A stretch of DNA of 64,000 nt from Diadema antillarum (taxonomy: Eukaryota): the NCBI RefSeq assembly GCF_040938485.1, contig NW_027270916.1:2170001-2234000 (forward strand), written 5' to 3'. A program made the translations under genes and the position numbers. The first letter of the stretch is position 1; every line of letters begins with the position of its first letter. Positions 23,663 through 37,374 of the stretch are shown in pieces. Under the pieces are notes generated by a model that ran no database searches, was not told where the DNA came from, and worked only from the letters and a program-made list of their open reading frames with translations.

Positions 23663-24278
23663 CGTGATGACTTGGGTTTGAACTCGAGGACGTAGCGGAA
23701 GAAGCTGGGTGTAGAATTTTCGACGTGCTGCTCGATGGCGGAGACTGATGGCAATGATGAAAGCAGATCGTTATCGTTGGAGGTTCTAGCTGAGTTTGAT
23801 CGAAATCGCCATAAACTCTCAACTATTTAAGTGCAACTCGAAGGTGAAATCCAGTTTCCCGCCATCGTTCTGATTGGCTAAACTAATGTACCAATGAGCG
23901 AAGACTGGTTTTAAACAATAGGGAAAGGCATTGTATTGTTTTGTAGGCCTAATTAACTCGCTCAGAGAGGAGTGGAGATGCTATCCCGTGGACCAGCGTG
24001 GAACAATAGATCGCTTAAACGGTTCGGACAATAGGCAGCAGATCTGGGTTCCTGTAAGACTATGACACAGGATTGAGAAGAGGACTATCTGGTGAAGTAT
24101 TCCATCAAGACTTCACGAATTCGCCCAGTCCTATAGCTTGTTTAACTGAAATATTTCACATTACGTTTTCCTTACCTTACATACCTTACCTTACCTTACG
24201 TTTTCGGAAATCATGGGTAGTACTCTTAATTATCAGCTAAAAACACGCACACGCACATACACACTTACACACACATGC

Positions 24279-24324
<46 letters not shown>

Positions 24325-25270
24325 TTATTTATTTATTTACGTCGGACAGTGACGTGGGGCATTTACTTATTTGTCTGAAAACTTAACATGCACCCGTTTT
24401 ACTAGAAAACAAGTGACAACGAAGATTCTTGTACCTTTTAAACACATTAGTATGTGTACGTTTGTGCGCCGGGGGTACTATTGGTGATATTGTGATACGC
24501 TCGCGGATACATTTCACATCACCTATAGTTTATATACAAGTAACGTACCATTCCGTTTTGCATATCTGTAATCAAATAATATACTGTCTAAATGAGTCAA
24601 TTAGTCAAATCATCGCAATAAAGAAACTATTTTATCCATTTAGTATTTTTTACAATATTTCATAGCGACAGATGAAGGCTTGAATGTTTGTGAGTAGCTT
24701 GATTTTATGCAACTACCGTAGTCTGTGTAGTTGTGTACGCGTGTGTGTGTTTGTTTGTGTGTGTTTGTTTGTGTGTTTACCCTCCTTCCATTCTTTTTTT
24801 TTTCTCTCTCTCTTCTTTCACATCTTTCGACACCCACTGCACGGCACTTTTAACGATGAAACGACAGATGAAATACAGACGAAAGGTTGGCGTGCAAATT
24901 GATACACGTGTCATGGTATGGCATAACTTATTACATTACAGAAATCCAGCGACATGTTGTTACAAGAGTATCAATTGCGAACGTACAAACTCGATGGTGA
25001 AATCCAGTTTCCCGCATCGTTCTGATTGGTTAAACTAATGCACCAATGAGCGTAGAGTGGTTTGAGAAAATAAAGGAAGCCATTTCATTGTTATCCAAGT
25101 AACTCGCTCAGAGAGGAGTGGAGATGCGATCCCGTGGATCAGAGTGGAACAATAGATCGGTTAAACGGTTCGAACAATGAAGGGGCAAGCAGATCTGGGT
25201 TCGCGTAAGACCATGGCATGTGATCGAGAAGAGGGCTATCATAGTGATGTACATGTATTCCATCAATACT

Positions 25271-25610
25271 TGTTGTTGTTGTTGTTGTTGTTGTTCATTT
25301 TCCATCTGTAAAGATGGCTGGATAGCCCATATTCAGCTACACTAAGCTGGTCTTCCATGGGGTCCAGTTGGATGTGGGGTGGGACCACTTCACCGGGTTA
25401 GACACCCTGCTCTTTGCGATGAATGAATGAAGCGGGATCTTTTACGTGCATAAGCTGTGACTCTCTCATACACGGGACCTCCATTTTATGTCCTATCCGA
25501 GGGACAGAGTGTTTTGCCTCTTGCTAGAGGGGATGGTATGTTTACACACAACATTGCTCAGTCCAGACTCGGGTTCGAACCCGGGCCGCGTGATCGCGTG
25601 ATCGCGTGAT
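25271..25610 (-). mobile_element. 5'-truncated tRNA-derived SINE with Deu/Nin-type core and (CAA)n tail
   Basis: B box GGTTCGAACCC at 25571-25582. Core ggataggacataaaatggaggtcc...taaaagatccc...aagagcagggtgtctaacccggtg resembles the Deu domain (from recall). The tail appears as (TTG)n on the plus strand at 25271-25295. Confidence 0.75.
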
Positions 25611-26654
25611 ACTATCCAAATGAGTCAGTTAGTCAAATCATTGCAATAAAGAAAATATGTTCATACGTTTAGTATTTTTTTACAATATTTTCATAACCAC
25701 AGATGAAGCCTTGAATGTTTATGTGTCGCTTAATATCATGCATCTACCGTAGTCTGTGTAGTTTTGTACGCGTGTGTGTGTTTGTTTTTGTGTGTTTTTT
25801 GTGCGTGCACCCTCCTTCCATACTTTCTCTCTCTCTCTTCTTTCACATCTTTCGTCACCCACTGCACGGCACTTTTAACGATGAAACGACAGATGAAATA
25901 CAGACGAAAAGTTGGCGTGCAAATTGATAATGGTGTGGCAAAGCTTATTACAGAAATCCAGCGACATGCTGTTACAGGAGAATCAATTACGAACGTACAA
26001 ACTCGAAGGTGAAATCCAGTTTCCCGCCATTGTTCTGATTGGTTAAACTAATGCACCAATGAGCGTAGAGTGGTTTGACACAAAAATAGGGGAAGCCATC
26101 CCATTGTTATCTAATCAACTCGCTTGGAGAGGAGCGGAGATGTGATCCCGCGGACCAGCGTAGAACAATAGATCGCTTAAACGGTTCGGACAATTGAGGG
26201 GCGAGCAGATCTTGGTTCGTGGAGGACCACGGCACGCGATCGAGAAGAGGACAATCATAGTGAAGTATTCCATCAAGACTTCACGAGTTCGCCCAGGCCT
26301 ATAGCTTGTTTAACTGAAATTGTGCACGTTTTCGGAAATCATGCGTAGTACCTCTTTATTTATCAGCTAAAACACGAACAAACACTCACCCCCCCCCCCC
26401 ACACACACACACACGTGCACACATACTCAAATACCAATCGAAAAAACAAACAAACAAGACACTCGGTGCTCATCTCAAAAAGCTTCTCGCCTCATGGAGA
26501 TGCGATCCCGTGGATCAGAGTGGAACAATAGATCGGTTAAACGGTTCGAACAATGAAGGGGCGAGCAGATCTGGGTTCACATAAGACCATGTGCACGCGA
26601 TCGAGAAGAGGGCTATCATAGTGAAGTACATGACTTTGTATTCCATCAAGACCT

Positions 26655-29600
26655 CACGAATTCGTCCAGTCCTATAGCTTAATTGTTTAAGTGAAATATT
26701 GCACATAACATTTTCGGAAATCATGCGTAGTACCTCTTTAATTATCAGCTAAAACACTCACAAACACTCTCACATGTGCACACATACTCAATACCAATCG
26801 AAAAAAAAAAAAACAAGACACATGGTGCTCATCACTAAGAGCTTCTCGCCACGTGAGTTTCCCATGAATATGAAATGATTGTATTTATAAATTCAACGCA
26901 ACTATTTCTACTTTTCTTTCATAATGAGTACTAAGCTTTCCTCTACCAGAAAGTAGGGGCATTTCTCATAAAGTAATCATGTCCGTAATGAGGAAATATG
27001 TGAAGGAATTTCTGAAGTGTTAAGGAATTTCTGAAGTGTTGTGTAATTCCTTGAAAAAAAAAAGAAACTTTCTTTGCTTTGGTGGGAAAAAAAAATATCA
27101 CGGGTATCTTGAACGTCGATGTTCTACACCATAATAATTATCATAACATGCATAGTCATATAGATTTAATTAATGAAGCAACCACGAACCATTATCTATT
27201 GCAAACAATGTTACACTGACGAAATTCATGACAATTTAAATCTTTACCGTGTACAGTATGTAAATGTGGTGCATGAATGTGTGTGTATGTAAAAGTCTTT
27301 GTATGAATATGTGACTATTACATAATATGTTTGCGCGTATGTACGTGAATGTATGTGCTTTTATAATGTGCTACTGTTAGAAGTGTGGCAGAGTGATCCA
27401 TGAAACTGATACAGAATAAATGAAAGATTACATGCTTACAAACTGGGCCTCTAGGAAAAATATGGTGATGTTGGCGATTGGAACTAAATAATATTGGATG
27501 ACCTTTAAAGACATTAGCAGTGGTTTGCCGGTAGTGAAAATAGATGAATAATAGATAAACATACTACATTTTGAGTATTGATAACTAATGGATTTATTGA
27601 TATTTTTACAATTCGTTTATAGTGCTCTTTTGTGTGGCTCCTTAAGTTCCGCACGGCTAAATTCACAAAGTTTTCAACTTCGAGTGTTTACAATAATGCA
27701 TTTATGTATTGTTTGCGAGCTTCATGGTATTATGTACATCGAAATTATTTTAATTGAATATTCACACTATATGAAAACATGCAGGCCTATATNNNNNNNN
27801 NNNNNNNNNNNNNNNNNNNNNNNNNNNNNNNNNNNNNNNNNNNNNNNNNNNNNNNNNNNNNNNNNNNNNNNNNNNNNNNNNNNNNNNNNNNNNNNNNNNN
27901 NNNNNNNNNNNNNNNNNNNNNNNNNNNACGTGGACCAATTAAAGAATCTTGACTCATAATTATGTCTGAAAACTTCACATGCACCCGTTTTACTGGAAAA
28001 TAATTGACAACGAAGATTATTGTACCTTTTAAACACATTAGCATGTGTATGTGTGTGTGTGTGTGTTGTGGGTACTATTGGTGATGTTGTGATACGCTCG
28101 GGGATATATAACGCACCCGTCCGTTTTGCATAGCTATAATCAAATAGTATACTATAGTATACTATCCAAATGAGTCAATAAGCCAAATCATCGCAATAAA
28201 GAAAACATTTTTATATATTTACCATTTTTCTATAATATTTCATATCCACAGATGAAGCCGTGAATGTTTGTGTGTCGCTTGATATTATGCAACCACCGTA
28301 GTCTGTGTAGTTGTGTACGCGTGTGTGTTTTTGTGTGTGCACCCCCTTCCATACTTTTTTTTTCTCTCTCTCTCTCTTCTTTCACATCTTTCGAGCTATG
28401 CGGAGGGCAAGATCTAGGAGGGCAGTGACTGTGGATTCGGTGGTTGCACCTTGCTCGGACACCCTCTGAAATGACAGATGAAATACAGACGAAAAGTTGG
28501 CGTGCAAGTTGATAATGGTGTGGCAAAGCCTATTACAGAAATCCAGCGACATGCTGTTACAGGAGAATCAATTACGAACGTACAAACTCGAAGGTGAAAT
28601 CCAGTTTCCCGCCATCGTTCTGATTGGTTAAACTAATGCACCAATGAGCGTAGAGTGGTTTGACACAATAGGGGAAGCCATCCCATTGTTATCTAATCAA
28701 CTCGCTCGGAGAGGAGGGGGGATATAATTCCGTGGACCAGCGTAGAACAATAGATCGCTTAAACGGTTCTGACAATTGAGGGGCGAGCAGATCTGGGTTC
28801 GTGGAGGACCATGGCACGCGATCGAGAAGAGGACTATATCGTAGTGAGGTATTCCATCAAGACTTCACGAATTCGCCCAGGCCTATAGCTTGTTTAACTG
28901 AAATTTTGCACGTTTTCGGAAATCATGCGTAGTACCTCTTTATTTATCAGCTAAAACACGAACAAACACTCACCCCCCCCCCCCCCCACACACACACACG
29001 TGCACACATACTCAAATACCAATCGAAAAAACAAACAAACAAGACACTCACGAATTCGTCCAGTCCTATAGCTTAATTGTTTAAGTGAAATATTGCACAT
29101 AACATTTTCGGAAATCATGCGTAGTACCTCTTTAATTATCAGCTAAAACACTCACAAACACTCTCACATGTGCACACATACTCAATACCAATCGAAAAAA
29201 AAAAAACAAGACACATGGTGCTCATCACTAACAGCTTCTCGCCACGTGAGTTTCCCATGAATATGAAATGATTATACTTATAAATTCAACGCAACTATTT
29301 CTACTTTTCTTTCATAATGAGTACTAAGCTTTCCTCTACCAGAAAGTAGGGGCATTTCTCATAAAGTAATCATGTCCGTAATGAGGAAATATGTGAAGGA
29401 ATTTCTGAAGTGTTGTGTAATTCCTTTAAAAAAAAGAAACTTTCTTTGCTTTGGTGGGAAAAAAAATATCACGGGTATCTTGAACGTCGATGTTCTACAC
29501 CATGATAATTATCATAACATGCATAGTCATATAGATTTAATTAATGAAGCAACCACGAACCATTATCTATTGCAAACAATGTTACACTGACGAAATTCAT

Positions 29601-32600
29601 GACAATTTAAATCTTTACCGTGTACAGTATGTAAATGTGGTGCATGAATGTGTGTGTATGTAAAAGTCTTTGTATGAATATGTGACTATTACATAATATG
29701 TTTGCGCGTATGTACGTGAATGTATGTGCTTTTATAATGTGCTACTGTTAGAAGTGTGGCAGAGTGATCCATGAAACTGATACAGAATAAATGAAAGATT
29801 ACATGCTTACAAACTGGGCCTCTAGGAAAAATATGGTGATGTTGGCGATTGGAACTAAATAATATTGGATGACCTTTAAAGACATTAGCAGTGGTTTGCC
29901 GGTAGTGAAAATAGATGAATAATAGATAAACATACTACATTTTGAGTATTGATAACTAATGGATTTATTGATATTTTTACAATTCGTTTATAGTGCTCTT
30001 TTGTGTGGCTCCTTAAGTTCCGCACGGCTAAATTCACAAAGTTTTCAACTTCGAGTGTTTACAATAATGCATTTATGTATTGTTTGCGAGCTTCATGGTA
30101 TTATGTACATCGAAATTATTTTAATTGAATATTCACACTATATGAAAACATGCAGGCCTATATNNNNNNNNNNNNNNNNNNNNNNNNNNNNNNNNNNNNN
30201 NNNNNNNNNNNNNNNNNNNNNNNNNNNNNNNNNNNNNNNNNNNNNNNNNNNNNNNNNNNNNNNNNNNNNNNNNNNNNNNNNNNNNNNNNNNNNNNNNNNN
30301 NNNNNNACGTGGACCAATTAAAGAATCTTGACTCATAATTATGTCTGAAAACTTCACATGCACCCGTTTTACTGGAAAATAATTGACAACGAAGATTATT
30401 GTACCTTTTAAACACATTAGCATGTGTATGTGTGTGTGTGTGTGTTGTGGGTACTATTGGTGATGTTGTGATACGCTCGGGGATATATAACGCACCCGTC
30501 CGTTTTGCATAGCTATAATCAAATAGTATACTATAGTATACTATCCAAATGAGTCAATAAGCCAAATCATCGCAATAAAGAAAACATTTTTATATATTTA
30601 CCATTTTTCTATAATATTTCATATCCACAGATGAAGCCGTGAATGTTTGTGTGTCGCTTGATATTATGCAACCACCGTAGTCTGTGTAGTTGTGTACGCG
30701 TGTGTGTTTTTGTGTGTGCACCCCCTTCCATACTTTTTTTTTCTCTCTCTCTCTCTTCTTTCACATCTTTCGAGCTATGCGGAGGGCAAGATCTAGGAGG
30801 GCAGTGACTGTGGATTCGGTGGTTGCACCTTGCTCGGACACCCTCTGAAATGACAGATGAAATACAGACGAAAAGTTGGCGTGCAAGTTGATAATGGTGT
30901 GGCAAAGCCTATTACAGAAATCCAGCGACATGCTGTTACAGGAGAATCAATTACGAACGTACAAACTCGAAGGTGAAATCCAGTTTCCCGCCATCGTTCT
31001 GATTGGTTAAACTAATGCACCAATGAGCGTAGAGTGGTTTGACACAATAGGGGAAGCCATCCCATTGTTATCTAATCAACTCGCTCGGAGAGGAGGGGGG
31101 ATATAATTCCGTGGACCAGCGTAGAACAATAGATCGCTTAAACGGTTCTGACAATTGAGGGGCGAGCAGATCTGGGTTCGTGGAGGACCATGGCACGCGA
31201 TCGAGAAGAGGACTATATCGTAGTGAGGTATTCCATCAAGACTTCACGAATTCGCCCAGGCCTATAGCTTGTTTAACTGAAATTTTGCACGTTTTCGGAA
31301 ATCATGCGTAGTACCTCTTTATTTATCAGCTAAAACACGAACAAACACTCACCCCCCCCCCACACACACACACGTGCACACATACTCAAATACCAATCGA
31401 AAAAACAAACAAACAAGACACTCACGAATTCGTCCAGTCCTATAGCTTAATTGTTTAAGTGAAATATTGCACATAACATTTTCGGAAATCATGCGTAGTA
31501 CCTCTTTAATTATCAGCTAAAACACTCACAAACACTCTCACATGTGCACACATACTCAATACCAATCGAAAAAAAAAAAACAAGACACATGGTGCTCATC
31601 ACTAACAGCTTCTCGCCACGTGAGTTTCCCATGAATATGAAATGATTATACTTATAAATTCAACGCAACTATTTCTACTTTTCTTTCATAATGAGTACTA
31701 AGCTTTCCTCTACCAGAAAGTAGGGGCATTTCTCATAAAGTAATCATGTCCGTAATGAGGAAATATGTGAAGGAATTTCTGAAGTGTTGTGTAATTCCTT
31801 TAAAAAAAAGAAACTTTCTTTGCTTTGGTGGGAAAAAAAATATCACGGGTATCTTGAACGTCGATGTTCTACACCATGATAATTATCATAACATGCATAG
31901 TCATATAGATTTAATTAATGAAGCAACCACGAACCATTATCTATTGCAAACAATGTTACACTGACGAAATTCATGACAATTTAAATCTTTACCGTGTACA
32001 GTATGTAAATGTGGTGCATGAATGTGTGTGTATGTAAAAGTCTTTGTATGAATATGTGACTATTACATAATATGTTTGCGCGTATGTACGTGAATGTATG
32101 TGCTTTTATAATGTGCTACTGTTAGAAGTGTGGCAGAGTGATCCATGAAACTGATACAGAATAAATGAAAGATTACATGCTTACAAACTGGGCCTCTAGG
32201 AAAAATATGGTGATGTTGGCGATTGGAACTAAATGATATTGGATGACCTTTAAAGACATTAGCAGTGGTTTGCCGGTAGTGAAAATAGATGAATAATAGA
32301 TAAACATACTACATTTTGAGTATTGATAACTAATGGATTTATTGATATTTTTACAATTCGTTTATAGTGCTCTTTTGTGTGGCTCCTTAAGTTCCGCACG
32401 GCTAAATTCACAAAGTTTTCAACTTCGAGTGTTTACAATAATGCATTTATGTATTGTTTGCGAGCTTCATGGTATTATGTACATCGAAATTATTTTAATT
32501 GAATATTCACACTATATGAAAACATGCAGGCCTATATNNNNNNNNNNNNNNNNNNNNNNNNNNNNNNNNNNNNNNNNNNNNNNNNNNNNNNNNNNNNNNN

Positions 32601-33350
32601 NNNNNNNNNNNNNNNNNNNNNNNNNNNNNNNNNNNNNNNNNNNNNNNNNNNNNNNNNNNNNNNNNNNNNNNNACGTGGACCAATTAAAGAATCTTGACTC
32701 ATAATTATGTCTGAAAACTTCACATGCACCCGTTTTACTGGAAAATAATTGACAACGAAGATTATTGTACCTTTTAAACACATTAGCATGTGTATGTGTG
32801 TGTGTGTGTGTGTTGTGGGTACTATTGGTGATGTTGTGATACGCTCGGGGATATATAACGCACCCGTCCGTTTTGCATAGCTATAATCAAATAGTATACT
32901 ATAGTATACTATCCAAATGAGTCAATAAGCCAAATCATCGCAATAAAGAAAACATTTTTATATATTTACCATTTTTCTATAATATTTCATATCCACAGAT
33001 GAAGCCGTGAATGTTTGTGTGTCGCTTGATATTATGCAACCACCGTAGTCTGTGTAGTTGTGTACGCGTGTGTGTTTTTGTGTGTGCACCCCCTTCCATA
33101 CTTGTTTTTTTTTCTCTCTCTCTCTTCTTTCACATCTTTCGAGCTATGCGGAGGGCAAGATCTAGGAGGGCAGTGACTGTGGATTCGGTGGTTGCACCTT
33201 GCTCGGACACCCTCTGAAATGACAGATGAAATACAGACGAAAAGTTGGCGTGCAAGTTGATAATGGTGTGGCAAAGCCTATTACAGAAATCCAGCGACAT
33301 GCTGTTACAGGAGAATCAATTACGAACGTACAAACTCGAAGGTGAAATCC
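26655..33350. repeat. Near-identical tandem triplication of a ~2.4-kb higher-order unit
   Basis: The marker cacgaattcgtccagtcc recurs at 26655, 29049 and 31423. All three units share the same gap position and the same SGNH mini-insert. Confidence 0.9.
28392..28459 (-). pseudogene. 68-bp internal SGNH fragment inserted in a geneless unit (repeated at 30771-30838 and 33140-33207)
   Basis: Matches copy 4 at 23319-23386 at 67 of 68 positions. Confidence 0.92.
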
Positions 33351-33727
33351 AGTTTCCCGCATCGTACTGATTGGTTAAACTAATGCACCAATGAGCGTAG
33401 AGTGGTTTGACACAATAGGGGAAGCCATCCCATTGTTATCTAATCAACTCGCTCGGAGAGGAGTGGGGATATAATTCCGTGGACCAGCGTAGAACAATAG
33501 ATCGCTTAAACGGTTCGGACAATTATTGAGGGGTAAGCAGGTCTGGGTTCGTGGAGGACCATGGCACGTGATCGAGAAGAGGACTATATCGTAGTGAGGT
33601 ATTCCATCAAGACTTCACGAATTCGCCGCCAAGGCCTATAGCTTGTTTAACTGTATAATTTTGAACGTTTTCGGAAATCATGCGTAGTACCTCTTTAATT
33701 ATCAGCTAATACACGAACAAACACTCG

Positions 33728-33766
<39 letters not shown>

Positions 33767-36700
33767 ACACATACTCAAATACCACTCGAAAAAAAACAAG
33801 ACATTCAGTGCTCATCTCTAAGAGCTTCTTGCCACATGGGTTTCTCATGAGTATGAAATGATTATATATATAGATTAAACGCAATCATTTCTACTTTTCC
33901 TTCATAATGAGTACTTGGCTTTCCTCTATCAGAAGGCAGGGGCATGTTATTCAAAAAATAATCATGTCCGTATAACGAGGAAATATGTGAGGGAATTTTC
34001 TGAAGTGTGCAATTCCTTTAAAAAAAAACAGCAACCAACCTCCTTGCTTATTGTGTAAAAAAAAAAAAAACACACACACAAAAAAAAAACCCAAACCAAA
34101 ACAAACAATCAAACAAACAAACTTCCACCGGTATCTTGAATGTCGATGACACACTCAGTATCATATCATGCATACATATAGATATAATTGATAAAGCAAC
34201 CACGGAACCATTATTTCTTGCAAACAACTTGACACTGACAAAATTGATGACAACTTAAATCTTTACCGTGTATGCTAAACGTAGTGCATGAATGTGTGTG
34301 CATGTAAAAGTTTTGTATAAGTATGTACGTGCATGTATGTGTTTTTATAATGTGCAACTCTGAGGAGTGTGACAGAGGGAGTGTGACAGAGAGATCAATG
34401 AAACTGATAAAGAATAAACCAAAGAGTACATGCTTACAAACTTGCAAAATTGATTATGCGAATAACTTATTACAGAAATTTCAGCGACATGCTGTTACAA
34501 AACTATCAATTACAAATGTACAAATGCACATAGACACGATAAAAAAGTTCACAGTTTCAGCCCATGATAAGTAAACTGCAGTCGTCAAACATCCACATGT
34601 GAGTCGAAGGTAGTAAAGTCTCTGAAATCTCTCGAAAGCGCCATAAACTCTCAGCTATGGAACTCGAACGTGAAATCCAGTTTCCCGCCATCGCTCTGAT
34701 TGTTTAACAAACGCACCAATGAGCGTAGACTGGTTTGAGATAATGAAATAATAAAGCCATCCTATTATCTAATTAACTCGATCGGAGAGGAGTAGAGATG
34801 CCATCCCGCGGACCACTGTGGAACAATAGGTTCGGACCATGGAGGGGCGAGCAGAACTGGGTTCGTGGAGGACCATGGCACGCGATTGAGAAGAGGACTA
34901 TCGTAGCGAAGTATTCCATCAAGACTTCACGAATTTTAGAATATTAAGAGTTTGTGTTTCATTATTTGGCACAATTTTATTGAATTTCAAGTTTCTACCC
35001 ATGCCTTGGCGACCTTTCGTAAAAACCTAATTGTAGACCACCTGTTTTTGTTTCCCTTTCTTTCTTTGTTTTCTTGCCTGTTTCGTTCTTGTCCTTGTCA
35101 AAGTCCTATCTTTCTGTCTGTTTCACCTGACGTCGTGATATCAAAATTTCTATAAACGTAGTCCTTGATGGATCTTGAGATGCCTTTATCTCCGAGAGTA
35201 ATTCACAAAAGTTACACGCTATGCTTCTCTTGTGAATTCCTATTTTCCATATAAAGTTAAAAAATAAAATTGTACTTGCGTACTTGTTTATTCATCGAAA
35301 TACAAAGTTGATGCAATGTATTACTACGATTGTATCTGTAGTCTTGTTGAAGCGTATTTGATTCAAAATTCCTTAAAACATTCTGTAGTTGTGTAAGCGA
35401 TACGTATATTACTTTGTATCACTTTATATGGAAATAGAATCACTTGAATTTGAATTTGAATTTGAAATGTATCTAATGTGCATTTACGAGGAGTGTGACA
35501 GAGAGATCAATGAAACTGATACAGAATAAACGAAAGATTACATACGTGCTGTGCCCATAGAAAAATGTTGATGTTGGGGATTGGAACAAAAAAGGTTTGG
35601 ATAAACTGTAAATATATCAAAAGTCATTTGCTGACATTCGGGATATATCTATATAAAATAAAAGTATATCAAATTGGAGTATTGATAACTGTGACATATA
35701 GAATGTAATGATATTGCATCGTCACAATTCGTTTATAACCCTCCCTTTGTTTCTTATAAATTTCTTCAAGACTCTATACTGTGTCCCTGATTCACAGAAG
35801 ATGTAAAATACAAATACCGAGTGCTTGCATTATACATTTTCTGTACTAGTATTCATTGCGAGTTTTGATCATTGCGTATATCAAAATCATTTATGCCCCG
35901 TTTGCCTAGATTATGAAAAGAATAAAAAAAGAACCACACACAATAACCCTAGAGGTGTGATAAACTATACTGTAACTGCCCGTTTTGCATAGATAGAGCG
36001 TGAATGTTGTCGACTAGTACTATTCACATGAGGAATTCTAACATTTACACAACAGCCGTATCCTTTGCTGTTATGTCTGTAGCCATAGTACAGGAAGCTA
36101 TGAAGCCTAATTTTCGACTTACTCAACTGATTTGAATGATATTTTGTATGGATTCCAATTTATCTTACTCAATTCATCCAATAAAGAAACGTAATATTTC
36201 ATTATACATCCTGTGGGGGCGCTGTGGTATAAAGTGGATACAACTCCCTCCCAGTCATTGGACAAGATTTTTTTACCCACCATGTCCCTCTCAACTTAGG
36301 TGTATAAATGGGGACCTGGCAACTCTAGGTAATGGTAGGATATAGCAGTGGCAACATCGAAGAGGGTACCATGGATAAGTAACACCTTATTATTATCATC
36401 ATTGTTTTTTATATATTTCATAAAGAAAGTTAAGTGAGTCGCTTGTTATTATGAAAGTGCAGTTGTACTGTAGTCTGTGTTGTTGTTGCGTGTGTGTGTG
36501 AGTATGTGTGTTTGTGTACGTGAGTCTTTGTTCCACACACTCTCTCTCTCTCTTCGATCACATCCTTTGACAAGCAATGACAGATAAATAGACAGATAAA
36601 ACGTTATTTGCAAGTGGCATAATATACTTTATTACAGAAATCCAGCAACATGCTGTTACAAAACATAAATTACAAATGTACAATGCACATAGATTAAAAG

Positions 36701-36783
36701 TCCACAGTTCCAGCCCATGATAAGTAAACTGCAGTCGTCGAGCATCCACATAATGTGAGTCGCACGTAGTAAAATCTCTGATT

Positions 36784-37374
36784 TCAGTCCATCTTGCAAG
36801 CTTTCATCACGGCGCCTCTGATGCTGCGGAAGTACCTCAGCATGCCTGCCTCGTTGAAGTGAACTCCATCCTGCATGAAGAGCTTGCTGTGGTTCTGGGT
36901 GAAGGCACGATGCCGCCAGAAGTGGACGTTGGGTAAGTTTTCCAGGAACTTGGCGAGGAGTCGGTTGGTGTCGTGCACGGCTGCGTTGAAGTTGGTCTTC
37001 CACTTGGGGACGAAGAGCCGGGGGATGATGCCGCATACGATTACGTGACGGACTCCAGGAATGCGAGATACGCGGAGGGCAAGATCTAGGAGAGCGGTGA
37101 CCGTGGATTCGGTGGTTGCACCTAGTTCGCAGAGATCGTTAGAGCCGAGATCGATTACCACGGCGTCGGGTGACAGCTCCCACACGAGATCGAGCTGCGA
37201 TGAGGCTGAGAAGACGTTACCAGGCTGGGTATGTCCCACGTTGTGAAGGAAGGCCCCGCTCGGGTCCCGCTCGATGAAGCTGTTGAGGCTGCCAATGTAG
37301 CTGTGCCCGAGGACCAAAACGACAGGTGGTTCGCGATCGGACTCGCAGCTTCCAGTTGAGCTTCCAATCGACAT
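36784..37374 (-). CDS. SGNH hydrolase copy 5 (196 aa; in-frame net loss of 11 aa)
   Basis: ARSNLALEKSSVL is replaced by SG; S, N, D and H motif residues are retained. Confidence 0.8.
   Translation of the reverse strand: MSIGSSTGSCESDREPPVVLVLGHSYIGSLNSFIERDPSGAFLHNVGHTQPGNVFSASSQLDLVWELSPDAVVIDLGSNDLCELGATTESTVTALLDLALRVSRIPGVRHVIVCGIIPRLFVPKWKTNFNAAVHDTNRLLAKFLENLPNVHFWRHRAFTQNHSKLFMQDGVHFNEAGMLRYFRSIRGAVMKACKMD

Noticed and set aside
24171-24195. Telomeric repeat insertion
   Set aside because: (CCTTA)n/(TAAGG)n does not match TTAGGG or TTAGG.
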